Below are positions 9,303 through 21,700 of a DNA stretch of 64,000 nucleotides, one piece after another (the stretch's first letter is position 1; each line of letters opens with the position of its first letter). The notes beneath the pieces are model-generated. The model did not search any database. It saw only the letters and a program-made list of their open reading frames with translations, and was not told where the DNA came from. Both the position numbers and the translations under genes were made by a program. The DNA comes from Chiloscyllium plagiosum. Lineage: Eukaryota. The stretch spans positions 48,718,914 through 48,782,913 of the forward strand of contig NC_057719.1 in assembly GCF_004010195.1 (NCBI RefSeq), in the 5' to 3' direction.

Positions 9303-11255
9303 TTCAAAAGCTGATCGGGGGCAGATGTTCGCAGGTAAAGGGACGGCTGGAAAGTGGGAAGCCTTCAGAAATGAGATGACAAGAATCCAGAGAAAGTATA
9401 TTCCTGTCAGGGTGAAAGGAAAGGCTGGTAGGTATAGGGAATACTGGATGACTAAAGAAATTGAGGGTTTGGTTAAGAAAAAGAACGAAGCATATGTAAG
9501 GTATAGACAGGATAGATTGAGTGAATCCTTAGAAGAGTATAAAGGCAGTAAGAGTATACTTAAGAGGGAAATCAGGAGGGCAAAAAGGGGAATGAAATAG
9601 CTTTGGCAAAGAGAGTTAAGGAGAATTCAAAAGGTTTTTACAAATACATGAAGGACAAAAGGGTAACTAGAGAGAGAATAGGGCCCCTCATAGATCAGCA
9701 AGGTGGCCTTTGTGTGGAGCCGCAGAAAATGGGGGAGATACTAAACGAGTATTTTGCATCAGTATTTACAGTGGAAAAGGATATGGAACATATAGACTGT
9801 AGGGAAATAGATGGTGACACCTTGCAAAATATCTACATTACAGAGGAGGAAGTGCTGGATGTCTTAAAATGCATAAAGGTGAATAACTCCCCATGACCTG
9901 ATCAGGTGTACCCAAGAACTCTGTGGGAAGCTAGAGAGGTGATTGCTGGGCCTCTTGCTGAGATATTTGTATCATCGATAGTCACAGGTGAGGTGCCGGA
10001 AGACTGGAGGTTGGCAAACGTGGTGCCACTGTTTAAGAAGGGTGGTAAGGACAAGCCAGGGAACTATAGACCAGTGAGCCTGACCTCGGTGGTGATCAAG
10101 TTGTTGGAGGGATTCCTGAGGGACAGGATGTACATGTATTTGGAAAGGCAAGGACTGATNNNNNNNNNNNNNNNNNNNNNNNNNNNNNNNNNNNNNNNNN
10201 NNNNNNNNNNNNNNNNNNNNNNNNNNNNNNNNNNNNNNNNNNNNNNNNNNNNNNNNNNNNNNNNNNNNNNNNNNNNNNNNNNNNNNNNNNNNNNNNNNNN
10301 NNNNNNNNNNNNNNNNNNNNNNNNNNNNNNNNNNNNNNNNNNNNNNNNNNNNNNNNNNNNNNNNNNNNNNNNNNNNNNNNNNNNNNNNNNNNNNNNNNNN
10401 NNNNNNNNNNNNNNNNNNNNNNNNNNNNNNNNNNNNNNNNNNNNNNNNNNNNNNNNNNNNNNNNNNNNNNNNNNNNNNNNNNNNNNNNNNNNNNNNNNNN
10501 NNNNNNNNNNNNNNNNNNNNNNNATGGGGAGCGTTGCTGAAACAAAGAGACCTTGAAGTGCAGGTTCATAGCTCCTTGAAAGTGGAGTCACAGGTAGATA
10601 GGATAGTGAAGAAGGCATTTGGGATGCTTTCTTTTGTTGGTCATAGTACTGAGTACAGGAGTTGGGAGGTCATGTTGAGGCTGTACAGGTCATTGGTTAG
10701 GCCACTGTTGGAATATTGTGTGCAATTCTGGTCTCCTTCCCATCAGAAAAATGTTGTGAAATTTGAAAGGGTTCAGAAAAGATTTACAAGGATGTCGCCA
10801 AGGTTGGAGGATTTGAGCTACAGGGTAAGGCTGAACAGGCTGGGGTTGTTTTCCCTGGAGTGTCGGATGCTGAGGGGTGACCTTATAGAGGTTTACAAAA
10901 TTATGAGGGGCATGGATAGGATAAATAGACAAAGTCTCTTCCCTGGGTTGAGGGAGTCCAGAACTAGAGTGCATCGGTTTAGGATGAGAGGGGAAAGATA
11001 TAAAAGAGACCTAAAGGGCAACTTTTTCACGGAGAAGGTAGTACGTGTATGGAATGAGCTGCCAGAGGAAGTGGTGGAGGCTGGTACAATTGCAACACTT
11101 AAAAGGCATTTGGATGGGTATATGAATAGGAAGGATTTGGAGGGATATGGGCTGGGTGCTGGCAGGTGGGACTAGATTGGGTTGGGATATCTGGCTGGCA
11201 TGGATGGGTTGGACCGAAGGGTCTGTTTCCATGCTATACATCCCTATGACTCTAT
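9303..11255 (+). mobile_element. CR1/HER1 LINE, 5'-truncated ORF2 to 3' tail, interrupted by the gap at 10160-10523
   Basis: ORFs 9325-11175 carry PEDWRLANVVPLFKKG, NYRPVSLTSVV and RGDLIEVYKIMRG, with stops and frameshifts between them. Confidence 0.95.
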
Positions 11256-11299
11256 AAGTGGGTGAAGATGTTTTAGCTATGACTGAATAGATAAAAGCA

Positions 11300-11830
11300 G
11301 AGCAAATTAAAGAGCATTCATACTGAGCTTGGCAATGTAACAATGGTGGAGGATGTGTCATTACCAATGTTAAAAATGGAGGAGGTTGAGGAGGAATAAT
11401 GCTAAATGCTCTTAGTCTCAGAGATAGGGATCATTGAATTTAATTAAAGTCTTTTCAGTGTTGTGGCGAGGATGAAAATCTGAGCAGAGAGGTTTAAACA
11501 TGAAGTTGTGAGACAGATGGTCACTGGTGACAAAACATTCAAGGACTTTGTAGAGGAAAAGGAGACTGATGATTAAGAGGGGTTGAGATTGTTCGATTTT
11601 GAGGAGTGACGGATGATGCCTTTTCTGAAAGGCAATGCCTGAAGAAAGTAAATAATTTACATTATTTGCTAAGATGGTAGTCAGGAAGGGATGATAGTCA
11701 GTGATATAACAAACATGGGATCCAAGAAATAGACCTATGGATGTGATGAACTTATTGACAGCATGGACAGAGATGTGAATACAGGGGTTCATGGTAGAGC
11801 TAGGGAATGGTGGCCTTTGTTTGATTTAGG
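11300..11830 (-). mobile_element. L2-clade LINE RT fossil
   Basis: ORF 11418-11792 has LLFLYKVLE...HLSHNFMFKPLCSDFHPRHNTEKTLIKFND. This is a decayed form of LPFLSKVLE...QSGFRP.HSTETAL.KV.ND. Confidence 0.7.
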
Positions 11831-11839
11831 TTGGTGGAA

Positions 11840-11911
11840 AACCTGGTAGTCTAGTGGTTAGGATTTGGCACTCTTACTGCCAAGGCCAGGGTTCGATTCC
11901 CGGTTAATGAA
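11840..11911 (+). pseudogene. tRNA-Glu(CTC)-derived pseudogene
   Basis: Ungapped 72-nt match to the vertebrate tRNA-Glu-CTC sequence as I recall it, with about 13 mismatches. A and B boxes are intact (GTCTAGTGGTTAGG, GGTTCGATTCC). The acceptor stem is broken and the anticodon reads CTT. Confidence 0.85.
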
Positions 11912-11966
11912 TAGGGGTTCAGTTCTGCTAGTTTATCGTGGTGACAAAATTGTTGACCGATTTTGG

Positions 11967-12318
11967 GGGCGGTACGGTGGCTCAGTGGTTAGCACTGCTG
12001 TTTCACAGTGCCAGGGACCTGGGTTCAATTCCAGCCTTGGGCAACTGTCTGTGAGGAGTTTACACATTCTCCCCGTGACTGGGTGTGTTTCCACCAGATG
12101 TTCTGGCTTTCTCCCACAGTCCAAAGATTTGCTGGTTATGTGAATTAGCCAAGCTAAATTGCCCATAGTGTTCAGGGATATGTAGGTTAGATGCATTAGT
12201 CAGGGGTAAATGTAGAGTAATAAGGCAGAGGATTGGGTCTAGGTGGGATACTCTTCAGAGGGTCGGAGTTACCTTGTTGGGCCAAATGGCCTGTTTCCAT
12301 GCTGTAGGGATTCTATGA
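11967..12318 (+). mobile_element. HE1-type SINE, full length
   Basis: GGGCGGTACGGTGGCTCAGTGGTTAGCACTG head; GGCCTGTTTCCATGCTGTAGGGATTCTATG tail. Confidence 0.93.
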
Positions 12319-12889
12319 TGAAAAGACAAATAATTCTAATGCTGCAGTGGTAGATAAAGACACCCTGATGGTAGATAAAGACACCCTGATTTGGGGCAAA
12401 TAGTAAAGATTACAATTAGATAGGTTAGAAGATTCGATATTATGAAATTACCTTGAGAGCAAATTACTTCTGCATTAAGCAAGGCTTCTCCTCGTCTCCA
12501 GGAGTACAAACTTTGCTCTCCCCTCCTACCCTGTGACAAATCACAATCCTCATTGGACCAATGTTTGTCCTCCATCCCAATCCCCACGGTGTCCCTACTT
12601 AAAACAAATCTGGCATCCTTAAACAGCAACTCAAACGCTTAGCCAATGAGAAAGAAGGTCCCCCTTTCCTCGACATACTGATAGTCCATTTATGCCTTTT
12701 TGGCAAGATGGTGGCAGAGTAAGACACTCCAGCCAGAGCTCCCATATTCGCCAGTTCCTTTTCCTTTGTCTTTCTTTTTTTCCCCTTCTTACAGCACATT
12801 TTCTCCTCACCAACCCCCACCCCACCTCAACTTTTAACTTTTTATACTAATGGAGGTGAGACAAAGGGAGACATGTGGTGGGCCATTGC

Positions 12890-13400
12890 ATGGAACAGGG
12901 AGCACAGCAAGTGTGGGCCAAGTCCCAGAGTGGGAGCAGAGCAAGTGTGGGCCGAGTCCCAGAGTGAGCAGCAGAGCGAGTGTGGGCCGAGTCCTGGAAT
13001 GGGGAGCAGAACGAGTGTGGGCCGAGTCCCAGAGTGGGAGCAGAGCGAGTGTGGGCTGAGTCCCAGAGTGGGAGCAGAGCGAGTGTGGGCTCAGTCCTGG
13101 AATGTGGAGCAGAGCGAGTGTGCACCAAGTCCCAAAGCAGGGAACAGAGCGAGTGTGGGCTCAGTCCTGGATTGGGGAGCAGAGCGAGTGTGGGTTCAGT
13201 CCTGGATTGGGGAGCAGAGCAAGCATGGGCTGAATCCTTGAGCAGGAACACAGTGAGTGTGGGCCAAGTCCTGGAGTGGGAGCAGAGCAAGTGTGGGCCG
13301 AGTCCCGGAGCAGGGAGCAGAGCAAGCATGGGCTGAGTCCTTGAGCAGGAACACAGTGAGTGTGGGCTGAGACTTGGAGTAGGAGCAGAGTGAGTCCATG
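12890..13400 (+). repeat. Minisatellite with a ~34-36 bp unit (GGGAGCAGAGCGAGTGTGGGCCGAGTCCCAGAGT), about 14 copies
   Basis: Tandem units are directly visible and explain the repetitive ORFs on both strands. Confidence 0.92.
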
Positions 13401-14449
13401 CTGGCTTGAGGGATGGATCAGGGACGGAAATCCAGGACAGAGAGGAAGGCCTCAGTAGAAAAGGTGCATAACTTGAGTACTTTAAAGACACTTTTTATTC
13501 TCATTCTAGACTTTCAAACTCTGGACTTCTAAATTTTTAAATTCCCATGCTCGTCTATATTTTCTATTTCAAATCTATGACAACATTTAAAGTATCTGTA
13601 CCCTGTACCTGAGATGGCACCGAGGGGTGACATTACAAATTTTTGATTGCACTCATTTGGGTGCACATGACAATAAAGGCTATTCTATTTTATTTTTACT
13701 ACTGCTTGCCAAACATAGCAACCTCCACCATGAGTCAAAAACTCAGTCTTTGTAATGCATACTAACTCTACTTATGACAATGTTTTCTCATCCATTTTTG
13801 CCTCAATACTTGTTCTTTTTTGGACCTTTCTTCATAATCCAGTCCTCTCTCTCTTTCTCTAGTATACTTTTCTCTGCCATTGATATTTCTCCTGACTCAG
13901 AGGGATATAAATTACTATTAACATTAACCTTAGTGATTTGACTATGTACTCATTGTTTACCATGATTCTACTGGTCATTAAACTATTTAAACAAATCGGT
14001 TAGTGACTTTGTTGAAAAAGCAATCAAAGGTCTGTTACCTGATTGGATGAAATGCATTACTTGATTAAACAATAATAATACATAAACCAGAAGCGAGATT
14101 GTGCTATCACACTGTCTTACGTGAGTTCTTGAAGTAAATGAAGTAGGAACTCTAAGTTTCATGAAAGAATGAACATGAATGAAGTAAAACTGAAAATGAG
14201 TTATTATTGAGAGGTGACAGAGCAGCTAACCTATGCACAGAGGAATTTGCACAGATCAATGACCCATCAATATATTCTGAAGAAAAGTCATACTGGACTT
14301 CAATTATTCACTCTGTTACTCTCCACAGCTGCTGCCTAACCTGTTGACTTTCTCCAACACTTTTGATTTTAAGCTAGATTATCAGCCCTGTTTCAGTGAG
14401 ATGTGAGGAGAGCATCCCCGGACCAGGCATTACACAAAATGAAATGTTA

Positions 14450-15015
14450 AGCTGATAAAGCTACAACATAGGACTACTTTCATTACAAATAGCAGAAATA
14501 GCATGAGACAGAAATCGCTAAGTGATCTCACAGCCAAGAATCAAATCAAAGCTCTTCAATCCTGTTCCAGTAAGTTGTGAATGGTTGTGGACAATTCAAC
14601 AACTCACCAGAGGAGGAAACTTTACAAATATCTTCATCCTTGATGATGGGGAAGGCTGGCACCACAGAACAAAAGACAAGACTTATATACCTGCAGCCAT
14701 TTTAATCAGAAATGCCATGTATATGATTCATCTTAACTTCCCCTTGAGATCTCAGTTGCCAGTTGTCGAACAGTTTGATTCACTTCATGTGAAACAAAGA
14801 AATGGCTGAGGATACTGGATATTGCAACGTTTATGAACCCAGAACAACATCCCAGAAGTAATAATGAAGAGTTGTTCTCCAGAATTGGCCGTGCCCCAGG
14901 TCAAGCTATTGCTGTCCAGCTAAAACATTGTCATTCTACTCAAAAATACTTGTCTGGTATATCCTGACCACAAAAATCCAGTACAAACAATTTCCACCTA
15001 TTTAGTCTACTGTCT
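14450..15015 (+). mobile_element. Old CR1-group LINE ORF2 fragment, distinct from HER1
   Basis: Similar to 23330-23720 (CAGATCAGATCAAAAC, CTTGATGATG, GCA.TGGAT..TGCAA). Decayed GPDNIP..VLK.C.PELA.P and ISLL motifs near 14830-15012. Confidence 0.65.
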
Positions 15016-15299
15016 TTTTCATTATATAGTTTGATGCTGCACTCTGTGTTTGGGTACAGGACACTCTGGTCAAAAAGAAGGCAAAGTCAAAAATAATCTT
15101 CAAGCTTAGGCCTCAATGTAACACTATTTATTTTACATTAATACTAAATACTGTTACAGATGGTATTCATAGACATAACAGGCATTGATTTTTTTTAATA
15201 GCAGTTATTAAAACAGTTTTTTAATAATAGTTATTAACTGGTCTACCTTCATGTGTGCATGTTGGCATACTTTCAAGACTCTCTCATTTTAGATTATTG

Positions 15300-15526
15300 A
15301 TGAAAATGTATTGCTGGAAAAGCACAGCAGGTCAGGCAGCATCCAAGGAGCAGGAGAATCGACGTTTCGGGCATGAGCCCTTCTTCAGGAATCAGCCCTT
15401 CCTGAAGAAGGGCTCATGCCCGAAATGTCAATTCTCCTGCTCCTTGGATGCTGCCTGACCTGCTGCGCTTTTCCAGCAACACATTTTCAGCTCTGATCTC
15501 CAGCATCTGCAGTACGCACTTTCTCC
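15300..15526. mobile_element. Palindromic non-autonomous Penelope-type element with a hammerhead-like core and 15-bp TSD
   Basis: Inverted arms ~15301-15391 and ~15399-15489. Core CTGAAGA-aGGGC-tcat-GCCC-GAAA. Direct repeat CATTTTAGATTATTG at 15285-15299 and 15527-15541. Confidence 0.85.
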
Positions 15527-15639
15527 CATTTTAGATTATTGTCTAGTCTAGTGTAGATTGGGGTAGTTTACAATTTAGTGTGTGTTAACTCTATCCACAT
15601 GGTGTTATTTATGCTCAATTATTTATTGCTCTGTGTCCT

Positions 15640-16680
15640 CATTGCAGGGATTCTCCAGGGTCCTGAATCCCTTAAAAAAACACCCAGTTGCTGGCTTTTG
15701 TTCGATCAGAAATTCAGTTGATCTGACAACATGACCATTTGCCTTGAATGGGTCGTACTAATCAAACAATTTTTGATTTTTTAATTTGCAATTTATTAGC
15801 AGTTCCATCAGGGACAGCTCTGAGGAGAGCAGGGTGAAATGGTAAATGAGTTGAACTGTGAGAAACTCTGGATCTTTCATCAGCAGATTTTATACGGTCT
15901 GAATGATTCGGTGTACCTCTCCATTGGACTGAGGGTATCCAGCAAACCTATGATATGTTGAAAGCCAGGTGTCATTACTTCAAACATTTCAGTGGTCCTA
16001 CTTCCAGTTTTTTTAACCTCGAACCATTTTGAGTGGTAATTGACCACAATGAGGTGAGAACAACCTTCATACATGATCAGGTCCAATCAGGCTTAGAGTT
16101 TATCAGGAAATTCTGCAGGAATGAGAAGTTCCCATCATTAATTTGTGTGGATGGCACATGTATTACAATTGAGCACAAAATCCTCTCACTGTTTTGAGAT
16201 CCCTGGCCATCAAATAGCCCAATGAGCACTAGCCTTGCACTTGGATAGGCCAAACTGTCTTTGGTGAATTCTCTGAAGAATGCCATTCTGCAACAAATAG
16301 GATTTTGTTATTGAAAACCAGTAAATACTCAAGAATGGAAATTTGCTCCTTGTGTTTGAAGTAAATCTTCGTGGCATAGTCTGCAAACAGAGTTCCATCC
16401 ATTCTTGGGTACAGTACTCACATACAATAATGCACTGAGAATCCTTCTTTTGTCTCTCATAAATGAGTTAAATTTGTTTCTCAAGATTGGCCAAGATAGA
16501 GAGCATGTCTGAGCATACGATTGTACTGCACCTTAAAATTGTACTTCATTCTGAAGTCATTGTTGTCAGATATGAGTACATCTGGAAAGATCATATAACA
16601 ACATCTGATGCTTGCCTTGGACGTACTGAGAGTCATAATTCTAAAGTGAAAGTATTGTACTTGAGGAGGCAATTTTTACT
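15640..16680 (-). mobile_element. Ty3/Gypsy pol fossil (RNase H end and integrase)
   Basis: Fragments MPPQVQYFHFRIM, ILQRIHQRQFGLSKCKASAHWAI (HHCC zinc-binding region) and HLIVVNYHSKWFEV (integrase core), with many stops. Confidence 0.8.
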
Positions 16681-16789
16681 AACTTTTTTTTAATCCAGCA
16701 AAGAAAGTAAACATTTCCAAATGGTTACAATCATGATTTTGAGGTCCAAAATCTAATCAGAAATGTTTTCACAGGCCATATGACTGTTA

Positions 16790-17240
16790 AAGCCTCTTTC
16801 TGGATGACTGTGACTCCAGCAACTCTTAAGAAGCTTGACGTAATCCAGGATGATGTGCCTGCTTAATTGGAACACCATCCATTACCTTAAACATTTAAGT
16901 ACTCCATCACTGATGTGCACTAGTGTACCATATAAAAGTTGCAATGCAACATTTACCAAGGCTCCTTCCACAGTACCTTCCAACTCTGTGACTCCTGTCA
17001 CAAAGTGTGATAAGTGCAGAAGACGTGGGCATGTCACAACTTTCAAATTCTGCTGTAACGTACACACCATTTTGATGTAGAACTATCTCTGTCCTATCAT
17101 TGTCAATAAGTTAAAATCTGAAGCTCCTTTCCTGACAGTGTTGTAGGCATTCCTATATCAGATAGCTGACAGCAGTTAATGAAGATGGCTGATCATCACC
17201 TTCCCAAAGGGATGAACAACAAATGTTGACATTGCTCACA
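16790..17240 (+). mobile_element. 3' end of an old CR1-group LINE
   Basis: CTCCAGCAACTCTTAAGAAGCTTGAC.TAATCCAGGA matches the reverse complement of 56150-56520 (APTIFKKLNTIQDK). Confidence 0.65.
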
Positions 17241-18129
17241 ACCTTCGCAACAATAAAAAAAATAGTAAATGTCCCTCTGGGTCTTCAACTAATTGGTGCA
17301 GACACTAATTGGAAATGTCATTAGTCAATACAAATTACTACATATGTGAGACACAGATGCTATTTTATTTGCTTATTGTTGTGGAAATTCCTCATGGTAA
17401 ATCCTGCATTACAATAGAAAAAAGTAAGTGCTATAATTATATTTGTCCGTCTCAGAAGATGAGTTAATATGGGTTCTGCCAATTTGGGGGCCCCATCCCT
17501 CAACAGCTTAGATCTCCTGCTTTGTCTCTTGCCCATCCATATTGTTTCAGCTCAGAGCTTACCTCATGTTTGGATCCATATTGAAACAATTATGCTAATA
17601 ATGTCCAAAATGTGCCAGATCTCCCACTGGTATTTTAATGCTCCTTAACGCACAAAGATTAAATATTTGACTTCTGGTATGATTTGAGTTAGCAGAAGGG
17701 GTTGCCGTGTGGTTTAAGATTTTCCTTCATGTCCAGGACGGACCAATCAACAACACGTATTCTTTCTAATTCTTCTATATATGTTGGCTTCCGCTGGAAT
17801 AATCTGAAACATGTTGTGTTACAACCAGTCCCTGGGAAGTTTCGGTTTCAGATGGAATACCTCAAACTATTAAGCTCCAGGTGAGGAGGGGTGATCAGAT
17901 ACCCTTGGTTGGTTGCAACAAGGTCAATTTGAAAAGGATCCCTGCCCTGTCGATACCTTTCTCCCAGAGCCAAATGAACTTATGTTTAAAAGGATCCAAA
18001 TTCATTAGGCTTTCTTAAATTAACAAAAAGTGTTAAGTATATTCATTACTAAACACAAGAAGAAGTAGCAACACAACTCATATACATGGAGATTAGAAAT
18101 AAGAGGTCAATCCAAAAAGGTTAAAAAAA

Positions 18130-18798
18130 GTTTGTGAGAAGATTTGTAGCTCGGGTGCTCGTTGCTGTGGTTCTGTTCGCCGAGCTGGAAGTTTTTGTTC
18201 AAACATTTCGTCCCCTGTCTAGGTGACATCCTCAGTGCTTGGGAGCCTCCTGTGAAGCGCTCCCAAGTGTTTCAGTTTCTGCTGTAGTTCTTTCGCCAGT
18301 TTGTGTGATGGTGTCCCTGGTAGTGATACTATGGGTCTGAGTGTAAAAAATCCCATGCAAGGACTGCACAAAACACTATATAGGACAAACAGGAAGACAG
18401 CTAACCATCCGCATCCACGAACATCAACTAGCCACGAAACGACACGACCAGCTATCCCTAGTAGCCACACACGCAGACGACAAGCAGCATGAATTTGACT
18501 GGGACAACACTACTATTATAGGGCAAGCCAAACAAAGAACAGCCAGGGAATTCCTAGAAGCTTGGCACTCATCCACAAACTCCATCAACAAACACATAGA
18601 CCTGGACCCAATATACCGGCCACTACAGCAGACAGCTTAAACTGACAACCGGAAGCGGCAGGGACAGGCCACTATAAATGCCGGAGGAAACACCACAGAA
18701 GCGCTTCACAGGAGGCTCCCAAGCACTGAGGATGTCACCTAGACAGGGGATGAAACGTTTGCAACAAAAACTTCCAGCTCGGCGAACAGAACCACAGC
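18130..18798 (+). mobile_element. Penelope-like element: inverted pseudo-LTR, inverted RT fragment, GIY-YIG endonuclease, pseudo-LTR with hammerhead
   Basis: 18347-18640(+) translates KIPCKDCTKHYIGQTGRQLTIRIHEH...AREFLEAWHS...*. 18262-18345(-) gives LRPIVSLPGTPSHKLAKEL. Inverted repeats ~18163-18261 and ~18699-18799. AGGTTAAAAAAA flanks both sides. Confidence 0.92.
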
Positions 18799-21700
18799 AG
18801 GTTAAAAAAAAATTAAATCTATGGATCATACTTGGAATTGTTCATGAAGTATAGATACTTGAACACTGTGACTGTGCAGTGTAGCATTTAATAATTCAAC
18901 GGTCAACATCAAGAGTCTTGGCTTTGTAGGTTGATTGAAGCTCTTTTGTTCCAGTTCCTTTGGCCGTGGCTGACTGGCAGCACTCAGCATGAGAGATATT
19001 CATTTTCTTTTTGTACCTGCAGTACAGGGGTGTTTAAATGGCTGTTCTCAGAGATTTGGCCCTCTGTGCACATGAGTTGATACACTACTCAGACATCAGG
19101 CCACTAAAACATAAGGACCAGTCTTGCAATTGATTAACTCCTTCTTTAACCCCTTGAAGGCCAAACCACAAAAATCTCCAAGACATGGTGGTTGGGAGGA
19201 GATAGGGATTAAAAGTTTTCTAGTCAGTGATGCCCATATCACATGAATGGATAATGAAAAGTACTGCCACCAATCCTTTGTTTTGGTGCCAGTCTAAGTT
19301 ACTGCTGCCTGTGGAGAAGGAAGCCCATACAAACTCTTCGGCAGAAGAGAGATTCAATTCTTATAAACAATGAATAGATTTATTACACATTACTTAATAG
19401 CAACTCAAAGCACAGATGAGATACATAATTATCTCTCTTGTGACGTCAGGCTAAACTTAAGATTAAGTATACATGGCTATTTTATCTGTATACCATTAAT
19501 GCTAAGAACTGAAGCTCTATACAGTGAACACATGTAGAATTCATAGGACACGCAGACTCTCCTCCCAAACTCAGTTCTTCATTTCCTGAGGGGACAGAGT
19601 TTATCTTGTGATGTCTGTTAAAGCTTTCAAGTGATGAATGTCTTATACAACACTAATCAACTGTACATTTACTTATAGAAGCTTGAAGCTGCAGCTATTG
19701 AGCAAGAATTGGTTCAAGCTAAGCTGGGCTGTGGCCTGCCTCTCACATTGAACAGTGTGCTATCTAAGTTCACTGTTGAGGAATGATCAATTAGGGAAGG
19801 TTGCTGAGGGTTGATGTTATATGTGATAATGCATAAATACTCATCACATAGCTTTCAAAGTACTTCATGAAAAGAAGTGGAGAAATGGGTAACAGGAAAT
19901 TTCTTACTTTAATTGGCACTGTCACATTTGTCTAATGGAGTGTATGAGAATGATTATGGAGGTGTTCTCACCAAGGTGTTGATTGGAACATTACATTTCA
20001 GTCTGTGCTTGATGATCTTTTACTTTGTGGACTTGCTTCAGAAAGTGCAAAGGCATCATCTAGTGGTAGAAAACTGGCTATACAGAGTAAATATGGGTCT
20101 GCCTTGGGCCTCAGCTGTGGATTTTTTAAAAAACTTGATGATGTTTAGCTCAACCAAACCAAACAGTTAGCTTGAGGTTGGCTCAACCCCTACCAGATTT
20201 ATTTTCCATATGCTTGGTTTGTCTCTTTGACTGGTAAACTTTTAATCATGACTTCATTCAGTTTGCCTTGACTTGCATTGATCTCTTGTGACAAAATAGC
20301 ATTACATATTTGAAATGCCATTGTATGAGGTAATTCTAAAAGCATGGAGAATAAGATATTGGGTAATTGATATCAATCATTCAAAAACAGTTAGGTGTTA
20401 TCCAGCTGAGCTGAAATTATGGACTGAAGATATTGTACCAACAACTGGTCGCTTGGTGTTGATTAGAAAAGCTTACACTCTCTCAACATGTTATCTCCAC
20501 TGCACTGTTGTGAGTTTGTTTAATGAAACATTGCACTGACCTGGTATTCATTGTTTTTGGAAATATTTGCTACAATTCAATAAGACAGTGTAGATATCAA
20601 AACATTTGAAATCTTATTTGAATAAATTATTCCCTGAACAATTTTTGCCATTATCTGCTTTTGTTGTGGTTATTTGTGAAAATCCTGAATTGAATCTCAC
20701 ATACTGATTTTAGAGGCACTTTCATAGTATAGCATTGGCACTTCAGCTCTTTAAATCTCTCTTTCGAAACCCCATTTGCTGATACAGTGTAGTGTTGACC
20801 ACCTGTCGTACAGCACAGTGACAGATGAACTAAGCCTTATCCTCTGTCAATGCAGATGGACTCTGAGTACGTCATCAAGCAAATTATTGATCCCAAGTGA
20901 TTAAACCTTACGGAACTAAAGAATCCTTGTTTGGAAAATGCTTTGCTGCAGAAATTTCACTGAAAATGGGTGCCTGAGCTCCTCCTTTCAGTTTGTTGTC
21001 AATATTGTATGAAATCTGGTACTAACCAAACTCACGAAACTCTTTCTCTCTGGCACTTGACTGCTTAATGTTAACTTATTCTCAAAATTAAAAATGCAAA
21101 TGTTACCCGAAACCTAATTCAGTGACCTTTGCACAGATGTATTGAATGATGTGCTATAATGTTTGACCCTAATAGAAATCTTTTCATGGTCTTATTTTCA
21201 TTGATTATAAAATCAATGTGAATGCTTAGATAAATGTAACTGTGTTTTAGTTCTGGACTCTTAACCTACTTGATAAGTGACAAATCACCTTTACAGGCAA
21301 CACTGGCCAGAAACTTTGAAACCATGAATATTGAGAGTTGCTGTGCATGTATTTCTGTTGTATAGCTTACACCTCTGGATTAGCAGAATCAGGGATTTTG
21401 GTCTGAGGCTGATGAAACAACTTGATGTCTCTCAACAGCCATTTCTGACTGCCCTGACATAGCTGGCATAATGTTGTCCATGATGTGCATGAAGCAACAT
21501 TGCAGTTCTACTGTACAATTGCTGAAAGGCAATCAGAGAATATTGCCGGATTCATATTCTGTTAAAATTGAAGGACAGGTGGCCTCTGATGAACAATGGA
21601 TGCAGTATTCACGATATATTATTGACATCTGAGAAAATTCCACATTTACACCTTCACTCAGGGTCAGAATTTGCTCTGACAAACAATTATTATCAATTTC

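Noticed and set aside
9906..10618. Long ORFs spanning N runs (also 2945-3260)
   Set aside because: These are artefacts of translating assembly gaps.
12348..12389. 21-bp tandem duplication TGGTAGATAAAGACACCCTGA
   Set aside because: It is real but an ordinary slippage or repair duplication with no further structure.
12847..13491. 214-aa and overlapping repetitive ORFs as a protein gene
   Set aside because: The open frames arise from a GC-rich minisatellite on both strands.
17815..19190. Solo LTR interrupted by the Penelope element
   Set aside because: The composition is suggestive, but I could not define TG...CA ends or a TSD.
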